Below are positions 41,247 to 52,576 of a DNA stretch of 64,000 bases, in pieces (the stretch's first letter is position 1; every line of letters starts with the position of its first letter). The stretch lies in contig CAVQEQ010000004.1 in assembly GCA_963711565.1 (NCBI GenBank), positions 608,001 to 672,000 of the forward strand, read 5' to 3'. The position numbers and the translations under genes are program-made. The DNA comes from an uncultured delta proteobacterium (GTDB taxonomy: Bacteria > Desulfobacterota > Binatia > Binatales > Binataceae). A model generated the notes under the pieces. That model ran no database searches, had not been told where the DNA came from, and saw nothing but the letters and a program-made list of their open reading frames with translations.

Positions 41247-43642
41247 CTAATCCGGCGAAGCGGCTGGATGGTCGAGCTTGCCGCGCGCCCAGTTGTCGAG
41301 CATTGCCGCAAGCGCCTGCAGCTTTACTGGCTTGCTCAGGTAATCGTCCATCCCGGCGTTGAGGCATCGAGCGCGATCGCCTTCCGTCGCGTGCGCGGTA
41401 AGTGCGATTACAACGGTGTGCCGAGCGCTTCCTTCGCGCCGCCTGAGCTCCGCGACCGCCTGGTAGCCGTCCATCTCAGGCATCTCGCAGTCCATCAGGA
41501 CAATATCGGAGCCTCTGTCGGACACGATCTCCAACCCCTGCTGGGCGCTGTCGGCGATTTCCCCGGTATAGCCGAGGGCGGAAAGCTGCTTGGCCCCTAT
41601 CGTTCGATTCACAAGATTGTCGTCCACCAGCAACACTCGCACGCGCTTGCGCCAATCGGTCGGTTCTTCGCTAATCGTGGCGAGCGGCGGAGCGGCGACG
41701 TTCTCGATGCGGACGCGATTGGAATTTCCGCACAGCTCGAGCAGACAGCTGAACAGATGTGACGGACGTACCGGCTTGGTAATCCATGCATCGACGGCTC
41801 CGCCTGCATTCCTGGCGCCGTCCTCGGTACTGAACATGATCACGCTGGTAGGTCGTCCGGCGCGATGTTCCTTTATCGCGCGCGCTAGTCTGAGCGCGCC
41901 CATGTCCGGCGTCTGTTCATCGATGAGCGTGACGATTTGCTTTTCGCCGACAGCCAGCTCCCGCTTCAGCATCGCTAGCGCTTCGGCGCCGCTGCCGACC
42001 GCCACGGTGCTAACTCCCCACGACGACAGGTAATCGGCGACGATCTGACGACTGGCTGGATTGTCGTTGACGACTATCGCGCGCGTCCCCTTGAAGCATG
42101 AGACTGCGGATGCACTCATCCACGGATGAACAATCTCCGCGCCTCTTTCCAGTCGCGCGGTAAAATGAAAGTTCGAGCCTTTGCCGGGATCGCTTTCAAA
42201 TCCAATTTCGCCGCCCATCTGATCGGTAAGCTTGGCCGCGATTACCAGGCCGAGTCCGGTGCCGCCGAAGCGCCGGCTGGTCGAGCTTTCCGCCTGGACA
42301 AACGGCTGGAACAGGCGCCCCGCGCCGCGAACGGAATTCCAATCCCCGTGTCGGCGATCTCGAAGCGCACGAGCACGCCGCCGGTGGCGTCTTCGGTTTC
42401 GGTGACGCGAACCGTCACCTCGCCATGCTCTGTGAATTTGATCGCATTCGCGACCAGGTTGTTGAGAACCTGGCACAACCTGCCCTGATCGCCGAGCAAG
42501 CCGGTGGTCATCTTCAAGTCCACGTACATGGCAAGCTCGATACCCTTAGCGCGCGCGGCCGCGGCAAAGGAATCGACCAGGCCCTCCGTCATCTCGAGCA
42601 GGTCAAAGTCGAGCTTCTCCAGCACGACCTTGCCGTCAGCGAGCTTCGAGAAGTCGAGTATGTCGTTGACGATGGTCAGCAGCAGCTCGCCGCTCGAGCG
42701 AATGATCTCGATCAGCCGGCGCTGCTCGGGAGTCAAATCGAAACGCGACAGCAGCTCGCCGGTTCCGATGATTCCGGTGAGCGGGGTCCGAATCTCGTGG
42801 CTCATACTGGCCAGGAAGTCCGACCGCAGACGGGCCGTTTCGAGAGCCAGATCGCGCACCCGATCGCGCGCGCGATTGGCCTCTTCTTCGGCGAGTTTGC
42901 GGCTGGTCACATCTACCAGCACCCCTTCCCAGTGCCCGACTTTGCCGGCGGCGTCGTAAACGGCGCGCGCACTCTGCTCGCACCAGATAACGCTGCCGTC
43001 GCGCCGGCGCATCTCCATCTCGAAATTCTTGACGACGCCTTCCCTTTCGATGACAGCCTCGAACCGGGCCCGCTCCTGCGGTCGCAACCATAGCTCTGCA
43101 ACGTCCGCTTTCTTCAGACTGTCGCCATCCTGGAAGCCCAGCATATCGATCAACGCCGGATTGAACTCGAGAATGTCGCCGGCCGGCGAAATCCTGAAAA
43201 GTCCCACCGGTACGCGATCGACGAGGCTCCGATAGCGCGCCTCCGCCCGATTGCGCTCGACTCGCACTTCAGAGTCGCGGAGCTCGCGCTCGACGGCGAG
43301 CGGCAGCCGCGCGAGGTTGCTCTTCAATACGTAGTCGTCCGCCCCGCATCGCATCGCCTCGACAGCAACCTCCTCGCCCACCTTCCCCGAGACCAGGATG
43401 AACGGCAGGTCGAGTCCGTTGTCGCGGAGCATCTTCAACGCGGCGAGGCCATTAAAGTGCGGCATCGAGTAGTCCGCGATAACCAGGTCCCAGGTCGATC
43501 CTTGAAGCGCCGATCGCATCGCATCGGGCGTATCTACCCGCTGATAGGTCAGGTCACAGCCGCCACGCCGGAGCGCGCGCACCGACAGCTCGGCATCGTC
43601 GGCCGAATCCTCGACGATCAGGATTCGCCGCGGTTGGCTCAC
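41247..43642 (-). pseudogene. Hybrid sensor kinase REC-PAS-HisKA-HATPase-REC-REC, split by a frameshift at about 42320
   Basis: MSHEIRTP, NAIKFT and DTGIGI in one frame; LFQPF.QA..GGTGLGL and two REC domains in another; one extra G in the GGGG run joins them. Confidence 0.8.
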
Positions 43643-44094
43643 GCGCCGTCCCTCGAGTTGGGAACAGGGTCCTCGTTAAGGACCAGCCAGTACAGGCCGA
43701 GCTGCCGAACGGCCTCGACGAAGTCTTGAAAATCCACCGGCTTGCGGACGTAACTGTTGGCGCCGAGACCGTAGCCGTTGGCGATGTCCTGCTGCTCTTT
43801 GGAGGAGGTGAGAATGACCACCGGCAGCAGCTTGGTCCGCTTGTCCGCGCGGAGCCTCTTTAGAACCTCGAAGCCGTCCAACTTAGGCAGCTTCAAGTCG
43901 AGCAGAATCACGGCCGGCTGCACGCCGACGTCCCGGCCCTCGTATATTCCGCCGGCAAAGAGATAGTCGAGCGCCTCGACTCCGTCGCGCGCGACCACGA
44001 TCTCGTTGCCGATATTGTTCTTCCTGAGCGCGCGCATCGTCAGCGCTTCGTCGTCAGCGTTGTCTTCAACTAACAGGATCACTGGATCTCTCAT
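43639..44094 (-). CDS. Single-domain response regulator (Rcp-like)
   Basis: [29 protein letters not shown]. Confidence 0.92.
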   Translation of the reverse strand: MRDPVILLVEDNADDEALTMRALRKNNIGNEIVVARDGVEALDYLFAGGIYEGRDVGVQPAVILLDLKLPKLDGFEVLKRLRADKRTKLLPVVILTSSKEQQDIANGYGLGANSYVRKPVDFQDFVEAVRQLGLYWLVLNEDPVPNSRDGA

Positions 44095-45674
44095 TTCACA
44101 CCCACCTGATCGCCTTCGAGAGTGAACGAAAATGTCGCGCCCTTGCCCTCTTCGCCCCGCGCTGAAACCATTCCGCCGTGGCGATGAACGATCCGCTGAA
44201 CTGTCGCCAGGCCGACGCCGGTGCCGGGGAAGTCCGCCGCGGTATGAAGCCGCTGGAAGGCGCCGAACAGCTTTGCGGCGTAGGTCATATTGAAGCCGGC
44301 CCCGTTGTCACGTACGAAATAGACCGCCGGATGCCCGTCGTGCTGCGACATCCCGAACTCGATCCTTGCTCCCGGCCGCTTGCTGGTGAACTTCCATGCG
44401 TTGCCGAGCAGGTTTTCGAGCACTGAACGAAGCAGCAGCGGATCTCCCGGGCCGACGACATGATCCTGCACGACGCACTCAACGGTGCGATTGGGATCGG
44501 CCTTCCGGCACTCGGCCAGGACGGTGTTCGCCAATGCGCCCAAGTCCACCGTTTCGGTGTGCATCTCGCTGCGGGTGACGTAGGCCAGCTTAATCAAGTC
44601 GTCGATCAGTTGAGCCATCCGCTGAGTAGCGGCGCGGATTCGGCCGAGGTAGCTGATAGCCTGCTGGTCGAGTTTGTCGGCGTAATCCTCCATCAGCGCC
44701 AGGCTGAAGCCGTCGATACTGCGCAGCGGCGCGCGAAGATCGTGCGACACCGAATAGGAGAAGGCCTCCAGCTCCTTGTTGACGACTTCGAGCTGCGCGG
44801 CATACCTGCGCTCGGTTTCGTTCAGCGCCCGCATTTCTTCCTCGGCCTTCTTGCGTTGGGTGACGTCGCGGATGGCGCTGGAGACGAGCGTGCCATCCTC
44901 GGTCTCGAGCGGACTCAGGCTGATCTCAATTGGAAACTCGATGCCGTCCTTGCGTAATCCGTACAGTTCCAGACCGGAACCCATCGAACGCGCCTTGGGG
45001 TCCGCGAAGTAGCGGTCGCGATGCTGCGGATGTTGGTCGCGGAAGCGCGGCGGCACCAGCATCTCGACCGGATTGCCGAGCAGCTCGGAGCGCGCGTATC
45101 CAAAGAGCGTCTCCGTCTGCGCATTGACCAGCTCGATACGGCCGTCGCTGCTTACGATCACCATCGCATCAGGTGCCGACTCGAGCAGGGCGCGGAATCT
45201 GTCTTCCGTACGCTTGCGCTGGGTGATATCGCGGACGGCGCAGGTGACGATTGTGCCGTTCTCGGTCTCGACCGGGTTCAAACTTATCTCGACTGGAAAC
45301 TCGGTGGCGTCTTTGCGCAATCCGTATAGCTGCGGGCCGGCGCCCATCGATCGCGTCACCGGGTTGGCGAAGTAGCTAGTGCGATGCTGAACATGTTGGT
45401 CGCGGAAACGCGGGGGCAACAACATCTCGACCATGTAGCCGAGCAACTCGCCGCGATGGTATCCGAAGAGCTTTTCGGTCAGCGCGTTGACCATCAGGAT
45501 GCGGCCGTAATCGCTGACTATCAGCATGGCCTCAGACGACGACTCGACCATCGCTCTGTTGCGTGCGGCGATTCGTCGAGCGGCTTCGGCGCCGAGTTTC
45601 GGACCCATGTTTTCGCTCACAGCCGGCCTCTCCGCGCCTAGTGTCGTAGGCGACGGTTCACTCTCAGATTTCAA
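44091..45674 (-). CDS. PAS-PAS histidine kinase
   Basis: Two near-duplicate PAS/PAC units, [28 protein letters not shown]; start uncertain. Confidence 0.9.
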   Translation of the reverse strand: MKSESEPSPTTLGAERPAVSENMGPKLGAEAARRIAARNRAMVESSSEAMLIVSDYGRILMVNALTEKLFGYHRGELLGYMVEMLLPPRFRDQHVQHRTSYFANPVTRSMGAGPQLYGLRKDATEFPVEISLNPVETENGTIVTCAVRDITQRKRTEDRFRALLESAPDAMVIVSSDGRIELVNAQTETLFGYARSELLGNPVEMLVPPRFRDQHPQHRDRYFADPKARSMGSGLELYGLRKDGIEFPIEISLSPLETEDGTLVSSAIRDVTQRKKAEEEMRALNETERRYAAQLEVVNKELEAFSYSVSHDLRAPLRSIDGFSLALMEDYADKLDQQAISYLGRIRAATQRMAQLIDDLIKLAYVTRSEMHTETVDLGALANTVLAECRKADPNRTVECVVQDHVVGPGDPLLLRSVLENLLGNAWKFTSKRPGARIEFGMSQHDGHPAVYFVRDNGAGFNMTYAAKLFGAFQRLHTAADFPGTGVGLATVQRIVHRHGGMVSARGEEGKGATFSFTLEGDQVGVK

Positions 45675-45813
45675 GAGTCATGCCGAGCGCTGCGAATGAC
45701 TAGGCTCGTCGCAGGCGAATGGAGCGGAGGTCTGACGACAACCAGATGCCGCAGGCGGCAGGAAAATGGCGCGCTGAAGGAAGCGGTCGCCGCGGAAAAA
45801 TGCGCTGCGATTT

Positions 45814-46278
45814 CTAGAGGAAACTGCCGACGATACCCTGGCCGTCGAGCTCGACGTGCTGGGTACTGTTCGGCGCCGAGTCGGTAAACGTCAGGGCATT
45901 CCGGTCGCTTACGTTTCCGGCGACGAGCGGATGGAACACGACCTCAACCTTGCACGAGCGACCGGGCGCCAGCGGCGCGCCCGAGCATTTGTCGCTTTGG
46001 ATCGAGAAGGGTTCCGCGGCGACGATGCTGGTAAAGTTGATCGACTCCGACTTGGACTTGTTCGTGACAGTTACAGCGACCGGCTCACTGGACTTCGTGG
46101 CGACGACCTTGCCGAAGTCGTGCTTGCCGGGTTTGAATTTCAGCGCCGGGGCTGAGTCGGCGGCGAAGGCGGGGTAACCGGCGATCACCGTAGTCGCGAT
46201 TACCAATGCAGTGACGAGAAGCGATCCGTTAAGTGCAGGACGGGTCGATCTCGACAGGATCGATCTCGATAGAAACAT
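45814..46278 (-). CDS. Secreted ASPM-SPD-2-Hydin/choice-of-anchor D-like Ig-fold protein
   Basis: GGAGG RBS, signal peptide, DFG.V..VTVTN..F..C..LAPG.SC.V.V.F.P..L.G.G. Confidence 0.7.
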   Translation of the reverse strand: MFLSRSILSRSTRPALNGSLLVTALVIATTVIAGYPAFAADSAPALKFKPGKHDFGKVVATKSSEPVAVTVTNKSKSESINFTSIVAAEPFSIQSDKCSGAPLAPGRSCKVEVVFHPLVAGNVSDRNALTFTDSAPNSTQHVELDGQGIVGSFL

Positions 46279-46411
46279 GTCACTTCCTCCCCCGGTCGAT
46301 TGAGAGCGTCGGCGCCGAGAACGTAGTATCAAAACACTACAAAGTGTACAAATTGCGGCGAGCGTTGCAAGTCCTTCGCGCAACTTCGCTTACGCGCGCT
46401 TTCCGTCTTAC

Positions 46412-46440
46412 TTGATCGGCTGAATAACCATATGCATAAT
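46412..46440 (+). promoter_or_regulatory. Putative sigma70 promoter of the TA operon
   Basis: TTGATC-N17-CATAAT. Confidence 0.5.
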
Positions 46441-46466
46441 CAAGCAAAGAGTGATCAAGCTGCCGC

Positions 46467-46790
46467 ATGCCACGCTGGCTTTCCAAAGTCCTGACGCGCA
46501 TCACTGCGCTGGCGGCTGCATGCAACGTCCGGTTTACGCTGAAAGCCCTCAGAGAATCGGCCGGCTTGGAGCTCGGCTTGGACGAAGAAGACGCGTGCGA
46601 AATGTTGGCCCAATTGACAGCGGAGGACTCGGCCGGACGCGTGGCCTCCGCGGCTACGGGCGAGTGGATGTACCTCTTCAAGCCGCAGGTCTTCGAAACG
46701 ACCCTCTACGTAAAGGTGATCCTGAGAAACAACTGCGTGGTGGTTTCCTTTCACGAGGATGAGGATGGCATCGATGAAGATGGCGCATAG
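46467..46790 (+). CDS. MqsR-family toxin
   Basis: FT.KA, W.Y.FKP, LYVK and VVSFH; upstream of a Zn-finger/HTH gene. Confidence 0.75.
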   Translation: MPRWLSKVLTRITALAAACNVRFTLKALRESAGLELGLDEEDACEMLAQLTAEDSAGRVASAATGEWMYLFKPQVFETTLYVKVILRNNCVVVSFHEDEDGIDEDGA

Positions 46791-47235
46791 CCGGACGGCT
46801 TCGACGGCACGCCGCGGGCGCGTCCTGCCTGATGACGCCTGTCCGAATTGTGGGACCATGATGTTGGAGAAGCGCGGCCGGCTGCGCCTGCCAGTCAACG
46901 GCGAGGAAATTTCGGTGCCGTCCGCACAGTTCCTCGACTGCCCGAAGTGCGGTGAAATTGTTCTTCGGTTGCAGGATTCGAAGCGGCTTCATCAGGACGC
47001 GATCGCGATTTACCGCAAGAGGCACGGACTTCTGTCGGCGGACGAGATCCGCGTGATCCGCGAACAGTTCGGCCTAACGCAGGCGAATCTGGCGCGGCTC
47101 CTGCGGCTTGGAGCGAACACCGTGTCCCGCTGGGAATCAGGCAGAAACGTCCAAACTGCTGCGATGGATATTCTGCTCCGGCTGATCCGAGATTTACCCG
47201 GTAGCGTAGACTACCTGCGCAACCACGCTGCCTGA
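46774..47235 (+). CDS. MqsA-family antitoxin (zinc finger plus XRE HTH)
   Basis: CPNCG..CPKCGE, LLSADEIR.IR...GLTQ..LA..L...TVSRWESG; start among ATG 46759-46780. Confidence 0.85.
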   Translation: MKMAHSRTASTARRGRVLPDDACPNCGTMMLEKRGRLRLPVNGEEISVPSAQFLDCPKCGEIVLRLQDSKRLHQDAIAIYRKRHGLLSADEIRVIREQFGLTQANLARLLRLGANTVSRWESGRNVQTAAMDILLRLIRDLPGSVDYLRNHAA

Positions 47236-47326
47236 CTGAGTGCGCGTCGCGCGATTTGACTCGCGCCGCATCGATCTTTCCCGCAGCGCCGACCTTCTCG
47301 AACATTCGAGGCGACCAGCACGGTCG

Positions 47327-48961
47327 CTAGCTCTTGCGGCGGGCGCGGTACCTTTTTATCAACGCGTTGGTTGAGCTGTCGTGGGCGAGCGCGGGGTCCT
47401 TGGGGGATTCCAGTTCCGGGATTATTTTTTGGGCTAGCACTTTGCCCAGCTCTACGCCCCATTGATCGAATGAGTCTATGTTCCAGATTGCGCCTTGGGT
47501 GAAGACGCTGTGCTCATACAGGGCTACCAGCTTGCCCAGGGTTTCCGGGGTTAGCTCGTCGGCTAGTATCACCGTCGAGGGGCGATTGCCTTCGAATACT
47601 CTCGCGGGGACGAGCCAGTCCGGGGTGCCTTCCGCTTTTACCTGGGCGGGAGTCTTACCGAATGCGAGTGCTTCGGCTTGCGCGAATATGTTCGAGAGTA
47701 ACAGGTCGTGATGGCGGCCTAGCGGGTTGAGGGCGCGGCAGAATCCTATGAAGTCGCATGGGATAAGCTTCGTGCCCTGGTGGATTAGCTGGTAGAACGA
47801 ATGCTGGCCGTTGGTGCCGGGCTCGCCCCAGTAAATCGGCCCGGTCTGGTAATCGATGGGCGCGCCTTCGAGCGTGACGTGCTTGCCGTTCGACTCCATC
47901 GTCAGTTGCTGCAGATAGGCGGGAAAGCGTTTCAGGTATTGCTCGTAGGGCAGCACCGCGACGGTTTGCGCGCCAAAGAAATCGTTGTACCAAACACCCA
48001 GCAGGCCCATCAGGACCGGCAGGTTGCGCTCGAACGGCGCAGTGCGGAAATGCTCGTCGATCGAGTGGAAGCCCGACAGCATCGCGCGGAAATTGTCGGC
48101 GCCGACCGCGATCATCGTGGACAGGCCGATCGCGGAATCCATCGAGTAGCGGCCGCCGACCCAGTCCCAGAAGCCGAACATGTTTTTCGTGTCGATGCCG
48201 AACTTCGTCACTTCGGCGGCGTTGGTCGAGACGGCGACGAAATGCTTCGCGACCGCCTTGTCGTCGCCAAGCGCGGCGAGACTCCAGTCGCGCGCGGTGT
48301 GCGCGTTGGTCATCGTCTCGAGCGTGGTGAAAGTCTTCGACGAAATGATGAACAGCGTCTCGGCGGGGTCGAGGTCGCGCGTGGCCTCGGCGAAATCGGT
48401 GCCATCGACGTTGGAGACGAAGCGCATTGTCAGATTGCGGTCGCTGTAATGACGCAGCGCCTCGTAGGCCATGACCGGGCCCAGGTCGGAGCCGCCGATG
48501 CCGATATTAATAACGTTGCGGATGCGCTTGCCGGTGTGGCCTTTCCACGAACCGTCGCGGATGCGCGCGGAAAAATCCGCCATGCGATCGAGCACCTCGT
48601 GGACTTTGGGCACCACGTCGTCACCGTCGACGCCGATTGACACGCCGCGCGGCGCACGCAGCGCGATATGCAGCACGGCGCGCTTTTCGGTCACGTTGAT
48701 CTTGTCGCCGCGGAACATCGCGTCGATTCGCCCGCGCAGTCCCACTTCGTCGGCCAGCGCGAGCAGCAGGCGGATAGTCTCGTCGGTCACGCGATGCTTG
48801 GAATAGTCGAAGTAGAGGCCGGCGGCCTCGACCACGAGGCGCTCACCGCGTTTCGGATCCTCGTCGAACATCGCGCGTAGGTGACGGCTGTGGATTTGAT
48901 CGTAATGCGCCTGCAGGGCTTTCCACGCGGGGCGATTGGTTAGCGAAATGGATTCCGGCAT
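47327..48961 (-). CDS. pgi: Glucose-6-phosphate isomerase
   Basis: [51 protein letters not shown]. Confidence 0.97.
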   Translation of the reverse strand: MPESISLTNRPAWKALQAHYDQIHSRHLRAMFDEDPKRGERLVVEAAGLYFDYSKHRVTDETIRLLLALADEVGLRGRIDAMFRGDKINVTEKRAVLHIALRAPRGVSIGVDGDDVVPKVHEVLDRMADFSARIRDGSWKGHTGKRIRNVINIGIGGSDLGPVMAYEALRHYSDRNLTMRFVSNVDGTDFAEATRDLDPAETLFIISSKTFTTLETMTNAHTARDWSLAALGDDKAVAKHFVAVSTNAAEVTKFGIDTKNMFGFWDWVGGRYSMDSAIGLSTMIAVGADNFRAMLSGFHSIDEHFRTAPFERNLPVLMGLLGVWYNDFFGAQTVAVLPYEQYLKRFPAYLQQLTMESNGKHVTLEGAPIDYQTGPIYWGEPGTNGQHSFYQLIHQGTKLIPCDFIGFCRALNPLGRHHDLLLSNIFAQAEALAFGKTPAQVKAEGTPDWLVPARVFEGNRPSTVILADELTPETLGKLVALYEHSVFTQGAIWNIDSFDQWGVELGKVLAQKIIPELESPKDPALAHDSSTNALIKRYRARRKS

Positions 48962-48973
48962 TGGTGTCTCCTT

Positions 48974-49885
48974 CTAACGGGCAGAAGCAGAATGCTCGGT
49001 TGCGCGCGAAACCTCACCCCTAACCCCTCTCCCTTCAGGAGAGGGGAACAAAGGGAGCGGGGAACGAAGGCTTTGCGGCGCGAGCATCTGTAACATGATC
49101 AGCACGGCGGGCACGAGATAAAAAATCGAGCCGGGCACCCACATGATAGCGCCGGCGACAATCTGGTCGCCAAGGGGCGTGAAGCCCGCGATGGGCGGCA
49201 TGGTCGCATAAACCGGATAAATCAACCGGCCGGAAAACATGAACAGCGCTGCGAGGATCGTATTCTGGCCGTCCGCCAGCAGCAGGTACGGAAGCATCGC
49301 CCATCGCGGCCATCGCGCGACGCTCGGCCACGGCTGGATGACCGGATACCAGAACATCAGCGCGGTCGTGAAAAAGCATGCGTGCTCGACGACGTGCCAG
49401 CCGTCGGAGCGGAGCGCGAGCTGGAAGGTGGCGGGCAGATGCCATCCCCAGGTCGCGGCGACGAATGCGATCCAGCATACCAGCGGCTCGGTCAGCCACG
49501 CGAAGAGGCGGCGGACGGCACTCGAACGGAGAAGTGGGCCCACGATTGCCTTGGCGATAGTCGGAGGGAGACCGCGCACAATCGCGATCGCGGGCGCGCC
49601 GGCGAGGATGAGCGGCGGTGCGACGATCATCAGCAGGAGATGCTGCGTCATGTGGATCTGCAGCAGCAGGTCGTCGAAGGCCTCGAGCGGCGACGCGATC
49701 GCAATGAAGAGCGACGCGATTCCGCCCATGAACATCCCGAGTCGCCAGACGGGGAACCGATCCGGCATCTGGCGATGCAGGCGATGGAACCCGCGGGCGT
49801 AGATCGCGGCGGTGAGGAGCAGCATCGCGATCGTCGCGAACGGCGGCGTCCACGAATCGAAGGCGGTTTGTATTGCGGAGTTCAC
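48974..49885 (-). CDS. ctaG: Cytochrome c oxidase assembly factor (Caa3_CtaG type)
   Basis: HMTQHLLL..APP, WH.P, EH, DQ..AG.IMW. Confidence 0.85.
   Translation of the reverse strand: MNSAIQTAFDSWTPPFATIAMLLLTAAIYARGFHRLHRQMPDRFPVWRLGMFMGGIASLFIAIASPLEAFDDLLLQIHMTQHLLLMIVAPPLILAGAPAIAIVRGLPPTIAKAIVGPLLRSSAVRRLFAWLTEPLVCWIAFVAATWGWHLPATFQLALRSDGWHVVEHACFFTTALMFWYPVIQPWPSVARWPRWAMLPYLLLADGQNTILAALFMFSGRLIYPVYATMPPIAGFTPLGDQIVAGAIMWVPGSIFYLVPAVLIMLQMLAPQSLRSPLPLFPSPEGRGVRGEVSRATEHSASAR
49011..49049. repeat. REP-like palindrome inside the ctaG 3' end
   Basis: ACCTCACCCCTAACCCCTCTCC-cttca-GGAGAGGGGAAC. Confidence 0.7.
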
Positions 49886-49894
49886 GGCAAAGAC

Positions 49895-51361
49895 TTAGTC
49901 GGTCGATGCGGGAACGGCGGGCCGCGCCGAATCGCGCGCGGGCGGTTCGCCGCGCGGATGCATCGTCGCGAGAAATGCGACGAGCGCGTTGACCTCCGCG
50001 GGCGTCAGGTTCTTGCCGTAGGCCGGCATGTTGCCGCCGCCTTGAATTATCTGGCGCACGATCTGGTCGCGCGTCAGGCGCGTGGCGGTGTCGTCGAGCG
50101 CGGGCCCGCGCATCCCGCCCTGGCCGCCGAGCGAATGGCAGTTGCGACATTGCTTGCTCTGCACGAGCAAGGCGCCTTGCAGTTCGAGAGGAGTGCGGCC
50201 CTTCACGTAATCGATGGGCGTCGGTGCGGCGCTCCATGCGTCCATCACGGGTGACCACGGCGAAAACGTGCCGAGCCAGGTGAGCGTGCCGACGATCGTG
50301 ACGACGAGGATTACGATCACGACCGAGAAAGGTCGTCGATGCCAGCTCTTCTCACCTGTTCCTGAAAGGAAGGGCAGCGCGAACAGGAGTCCGATTACGG
50401 CGACCGGACCCGTGAGCATCAGAAAGGTTTCGGTCCACGGCGGCAACAATGCGAACAACGAAAATAGCCACAGGAAGAAAAAGTCGGGGCGTGGAACGGT
50501 TTGGATGATTGTCGGATCGGGCTGGCCGTTGGGACCGATCGGGCCTTCAACAGCGGCGACGACGAGCAGGCTCAGGATAATCAGTCCGGCGAAGACGAGG
50601 TCCTTTTGCGCGGCGAACGGCATGAACGGTTCGCCATCCTTCTCTACCAACTCGTGATACTGCTCGATGTAGGCATTGCGTCTGACTATTCGACCGGGCA
50701 TCGGCCATTCGTTAATGCCTAATCGCAATACCAGGAAGAGATGCAGGCCGACGAAGCCGATCAGCAGCGCGGGGATCACGAATACGTGCAGCGCAAAGAA
50801 GCGCGACAGGGTTTCGCCGGCAATAATGGGGCCGCCGAGAATAAGATCGACGATCTTGAAGCCGATGATCGGAGTGCGGCCGGCGATCGACGCGCCGATG
50901 CCGAGGCCCCAGTATGCGTTCTGATCGAAGCGCAGCACCTGCCCGGTGAACGCCATGCCCAACGTGCACAAAAGCAGGAAGCATCCTGCCACCCAGGTCA
51001 ATTCGCGCGGAAATTTATACGCGCCGAACAGGAAGACCTGGATCATGTGCACGAACATCAGGGCGACCATGAAGTTGGAGCCCCAGCCGTGCAGCGCGCG
51101 CAGATACCATCCGAGCGGCTGCTGGTAATTCAAGTAGATAAGGCTGTCCCACGCGCGATCGGCGGCAGGCGTATAGACAGTCGCGAGGCAGATGCCGGTG
51201 ACTACCTGCAAAATGAATACGACCAGCGTCGCGCTGCCGAAGATGTACCACCAGCTCGCGGAGCTGCGCGGCACCGGATGCGCGGCTACGTCGGCGATCG
51301 TGCTGCCGACTTGCAGGCGCGCGTCGAGCCATCGACCGACTGATTTGAGCAGCTCGATCAC
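49895..51361 (-). CDS. Cytochrome b of a Rieske/cyt b complex with fused C-terminal cytochrome c
   Basis: Four heme-b His ligands, PRELTW, PDFF in place of PEWY, CRNCH; GTGA overlap with the Rieske stop. Confidence 0.9.
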   Translation of the reverse strand: MIELLKSVGRWLDARLQVGSTIADVAAHPVPRSSASWWYIFGSATLVVFILQVVTGICLATVYTPAADRAWDSLIYLNYQQPLGWYLRALHGWGSNFMVALMFVHMIQVFLFGAYKFPRELTWVAGCFLLLCTLGMAFTGQVLRFDQNAYWGLGIGASIAGRTPIIGFKIVDLILGGPIIAGETLSRFFALHVFVIPALLIGFVGLHLFLVLRLGINEWPMPGRIVRRNAYIEQYHELVEKDGEPFMPFAAQKDLVFAGLIILSLLVVAAVEGPIGPNGQPDPTIIQTVPRPDFFFLWLFSLFALLPPWTETFLMLTGPVAVIGLLFALPFLSGTGEKSWHRRPFSVVIVILVVTIVGTLTWLGTFSPWSPVMDAWSAAPTPIDYVKGRTPLELQGALLVQSKQCRNCHSLGGQGGMRGPALDDTATRLTRDQIVRQIIQGGGNMPAYGKNLTPAEVNALVAFLATMHPRGEPPARDSARPAVPASTD

Positions 51362-51861
51362 GCTTGCGAGTTTCCCAGGGTCGGCAATTCGCCGGCATAA
51401 ATCCAAAGCCGGCCGGACTCGACTTTGTATTTGTATTGATACAGCGCGCGCGGCGGAGGGCCCGAAGCGTGCCTGCCATCGGAGTAAAATACGCCGCCGT
51501 GGCATGGGCACATGAACAGTTCGGATTCGGCGAACCATCGCACCGGGCATCCGAGATGGGTGCAGTTAATCGCGAATACCTGGAATTGGTCGCCGGTCAT
51601 GCGGCGCACCCAGCATGGGATTTTGGCCGTCTCGCCGTCCCATGCCTTCTTGAACGGATTTATATACTCGGCGAGTCGCGTCTGGTTTTCCGGATAGTCA
51701 ATCAGTGAGCCGAGCTGTATCCAGTCGAGCCACGTGAAGCGGCGCGCGGGCGACAGCACGTATCCGAGAATAGGTATTGCGAATAACGCGACCGCAATCG
51801 CGTTAATAGCTATTCCGAGACTAAACAGAAACGTACGACGCGAAGTCTTTTCAGTATCCAT
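51358..51861 (-). CDS. Rieske iron-sulfur protein
   Basis: Tat-like SRRTFL, CTHLGC, CPCHGG. Confidence 0.93.
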   Translation of the reverse strand: MDTEKTSRRTFLFSLGIAINAIAVALFAIPILGYVLSPARRFTWLDWIQLGSLIDYPENQTRLAEYINPFKKAWDGETAKIPCWVRRMTGDQFQVFAINCTHLGCPVRWFAESELFMCPCHGGVFYSDGRHASGPPPRALYQYKYKVESGRLWIYAGELPTLGNSQA

Positions 51862-52569
51862 TCAATTGCTCAGTGCCAAAGGTGACGCGGGACGTTTCGA
51901 TGCGAGCCAGGCGACGATGTCGGAGACCTGTTGCGCCGTCAGCGGCTGTCCGCCAGCGGCATCCTTCCAGTCGGGATGGCCGAGTTCAGGGCGTCCTGCG
52001 ATCACTATCGTGCGCAGGTACTGGTCGCTGACGAGCGCGAGGTAGGAAGGATCGACGACAGAGCCGCCACTTCCACCTTTGCCATCGCGGCCGTGACAGG
52101 ATTGGCAGTTCGTCGCATACAGTTGCGCGCCGCTATTTGAATCGCCTTGCGTGGAACTGGAATAGGGAGGGGCGCCTGCACCAGCGTCCGCAGCGCCCGA
52201 CCAGTCCTTGCGGATGCCCGCGATCAGGAGGTCTATCTGATGATCGGTCAGCGAACCGCCCGCGCTTTGCGCGAACGGCGGCATTGCAGTGCCTGGAATT
52301 CCATTGGTGATGACGCGGCGCATCGATGCATCATCGACGATCGCGAGATACACGGGATTGTTCATCGCGATCGCGGCGCCGGATTTTCCGTCCGCGCCAT
52401 GACATCCAGCACAGTTCTCGCCGTACAACCTGGCGAAGTCGGTCACGTTGGTAGGTCGCAGCGGGAGGTCGGCCTGGGTGGGGCGGCCAGGCAGCGAATC
52501 GCATCCCGCGAGCACGATTGCGGCGAGCGATGCGATCGCGAAGAGCGATTTTAGGCGGCGCGCGTTCAA
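51862..52569 (-). CDS. Diheme cytochrome c lipoprotein
   Basis: Lipobox LAGC, CAGCH, CQSCH. Confidence 0.88.
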   Translation of the reverse strand: MNARRLKSLFAIASLAAIVLAGCDSLPGRPTQADLPLRPTNVTDFARLYGENCAGCHGADGKSGAAIAMNNPVYLAIVDDASMRRVITNGIPGTAMPPFAQSAGGSLTDHQIDLLIAGIRKDWSGAADAGAGAPPYSSSTQGDSNSGAQLYATNCQSCHGRDGKGGSGGSVVDPSYLALVSDQYLRTIVIAGRPELGHPDWKDAAGGQPLTAQQVSDIVAWLASKRPASPLALSN

Positions 52570-52576
52570 CTTGGTG

